The notes under the pieces are model-generated. The model was not told the DNA's origin. It made no database searches and saw nothing but the letters and a program-made list of their open reading frames with translations. From contig OZ024761.1 of the NCBI GenBank assembly GCA_964016885.1, positions 22,072,001 through 22,136,000 on the forward strand: DNA of 64,000 nucleotides, in the 5' to 3' direction. This stretch comes from Eledone cirrhosa (taxonomy: Eukaryota). Below are positions 63,750-64,000 of the stretch, piece after piece. Position numbers and translations under genes: made by a program. Position 1 is the stretch's first letter. Every line of letters begins with the position of its first letter.

Positions 63750-64000
63750 TCAATACAATTCATCATCATCATCATCAGTCCTGTTGTCATGGTAACACTC
63801 ATCAAACGAAGAATCGGACACAGCTGCCGCTGTCGCCGTCTTCACAAAGTTTGTTCTGTCTTTGCTCCTCGTTTCCCTGTGGCGGGGATTGAGGAAACGT
63901 TGTCGGCCCGTTGTTAAAGGTTTGGCCAGTTTCGGCACCTGACCGTCTGACGACCTCGGCCCTCCAGTGTTGTTTGTGCTCGCGTCTGACGTTGATATGT
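63750..64000 (-). CDS. Probable terminal coding exon of an unidentified gene (runs off the window)
   Basis: Frame open to the window edge, GC-richer than flank, ends ...DNRTDDDDDELY*; no recognised domain. Confidence 0.45.
   Translation of the reverse strand, partial: ISTSDASTNNTGGPRSSDGQVPKLAKPLTTGRQRFLNPRHRETRSKDRTNFVKTATAAAVSDSSFDECYHDNRTDDDDDELY

Overview
Eukaryotic, AT-rich, microsatellite-saturated animal DNA. The SINE/LINE content and (TA)n density suggest an octopod cephalopod (inferred, not proven). Host genes: the last 15 coding exons of MED13 (+, 405-17630; intron phases checked by eye), a single-coding-exon GT31 beta-1,3-glycosyltransferase with a degenerate DxD motif (+, 54978-55880), and a probable terminal exon of another gene (-, 63750-64000). 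Mobile elements: a 5'-truncated, still open RTE LINE with a PHD-like finger, a Chapaev3-like DNA transposon with TIRs and TTA TSD, a Penelope-like element (RT + GIY-YIG, one nonsense codon), CR1 and RTE fragments, several SINE families, piggyBac/hAT/pogo-type MITEs and many TE-derived minisatellites. The main unannotated signal is about 16 hammerhead-ribozyme (HHR) motifs, roughly half with intact cores, mostly in short islands inserted into (TA)n tracts. They include a class with a (UA)n stem III and a conserved Y-C mismatch in stem II, a class with the compensatory U3-A8 core, and a retrozyme-like 266-nt repeat unit. All folds were done by eye; no activity is shown.
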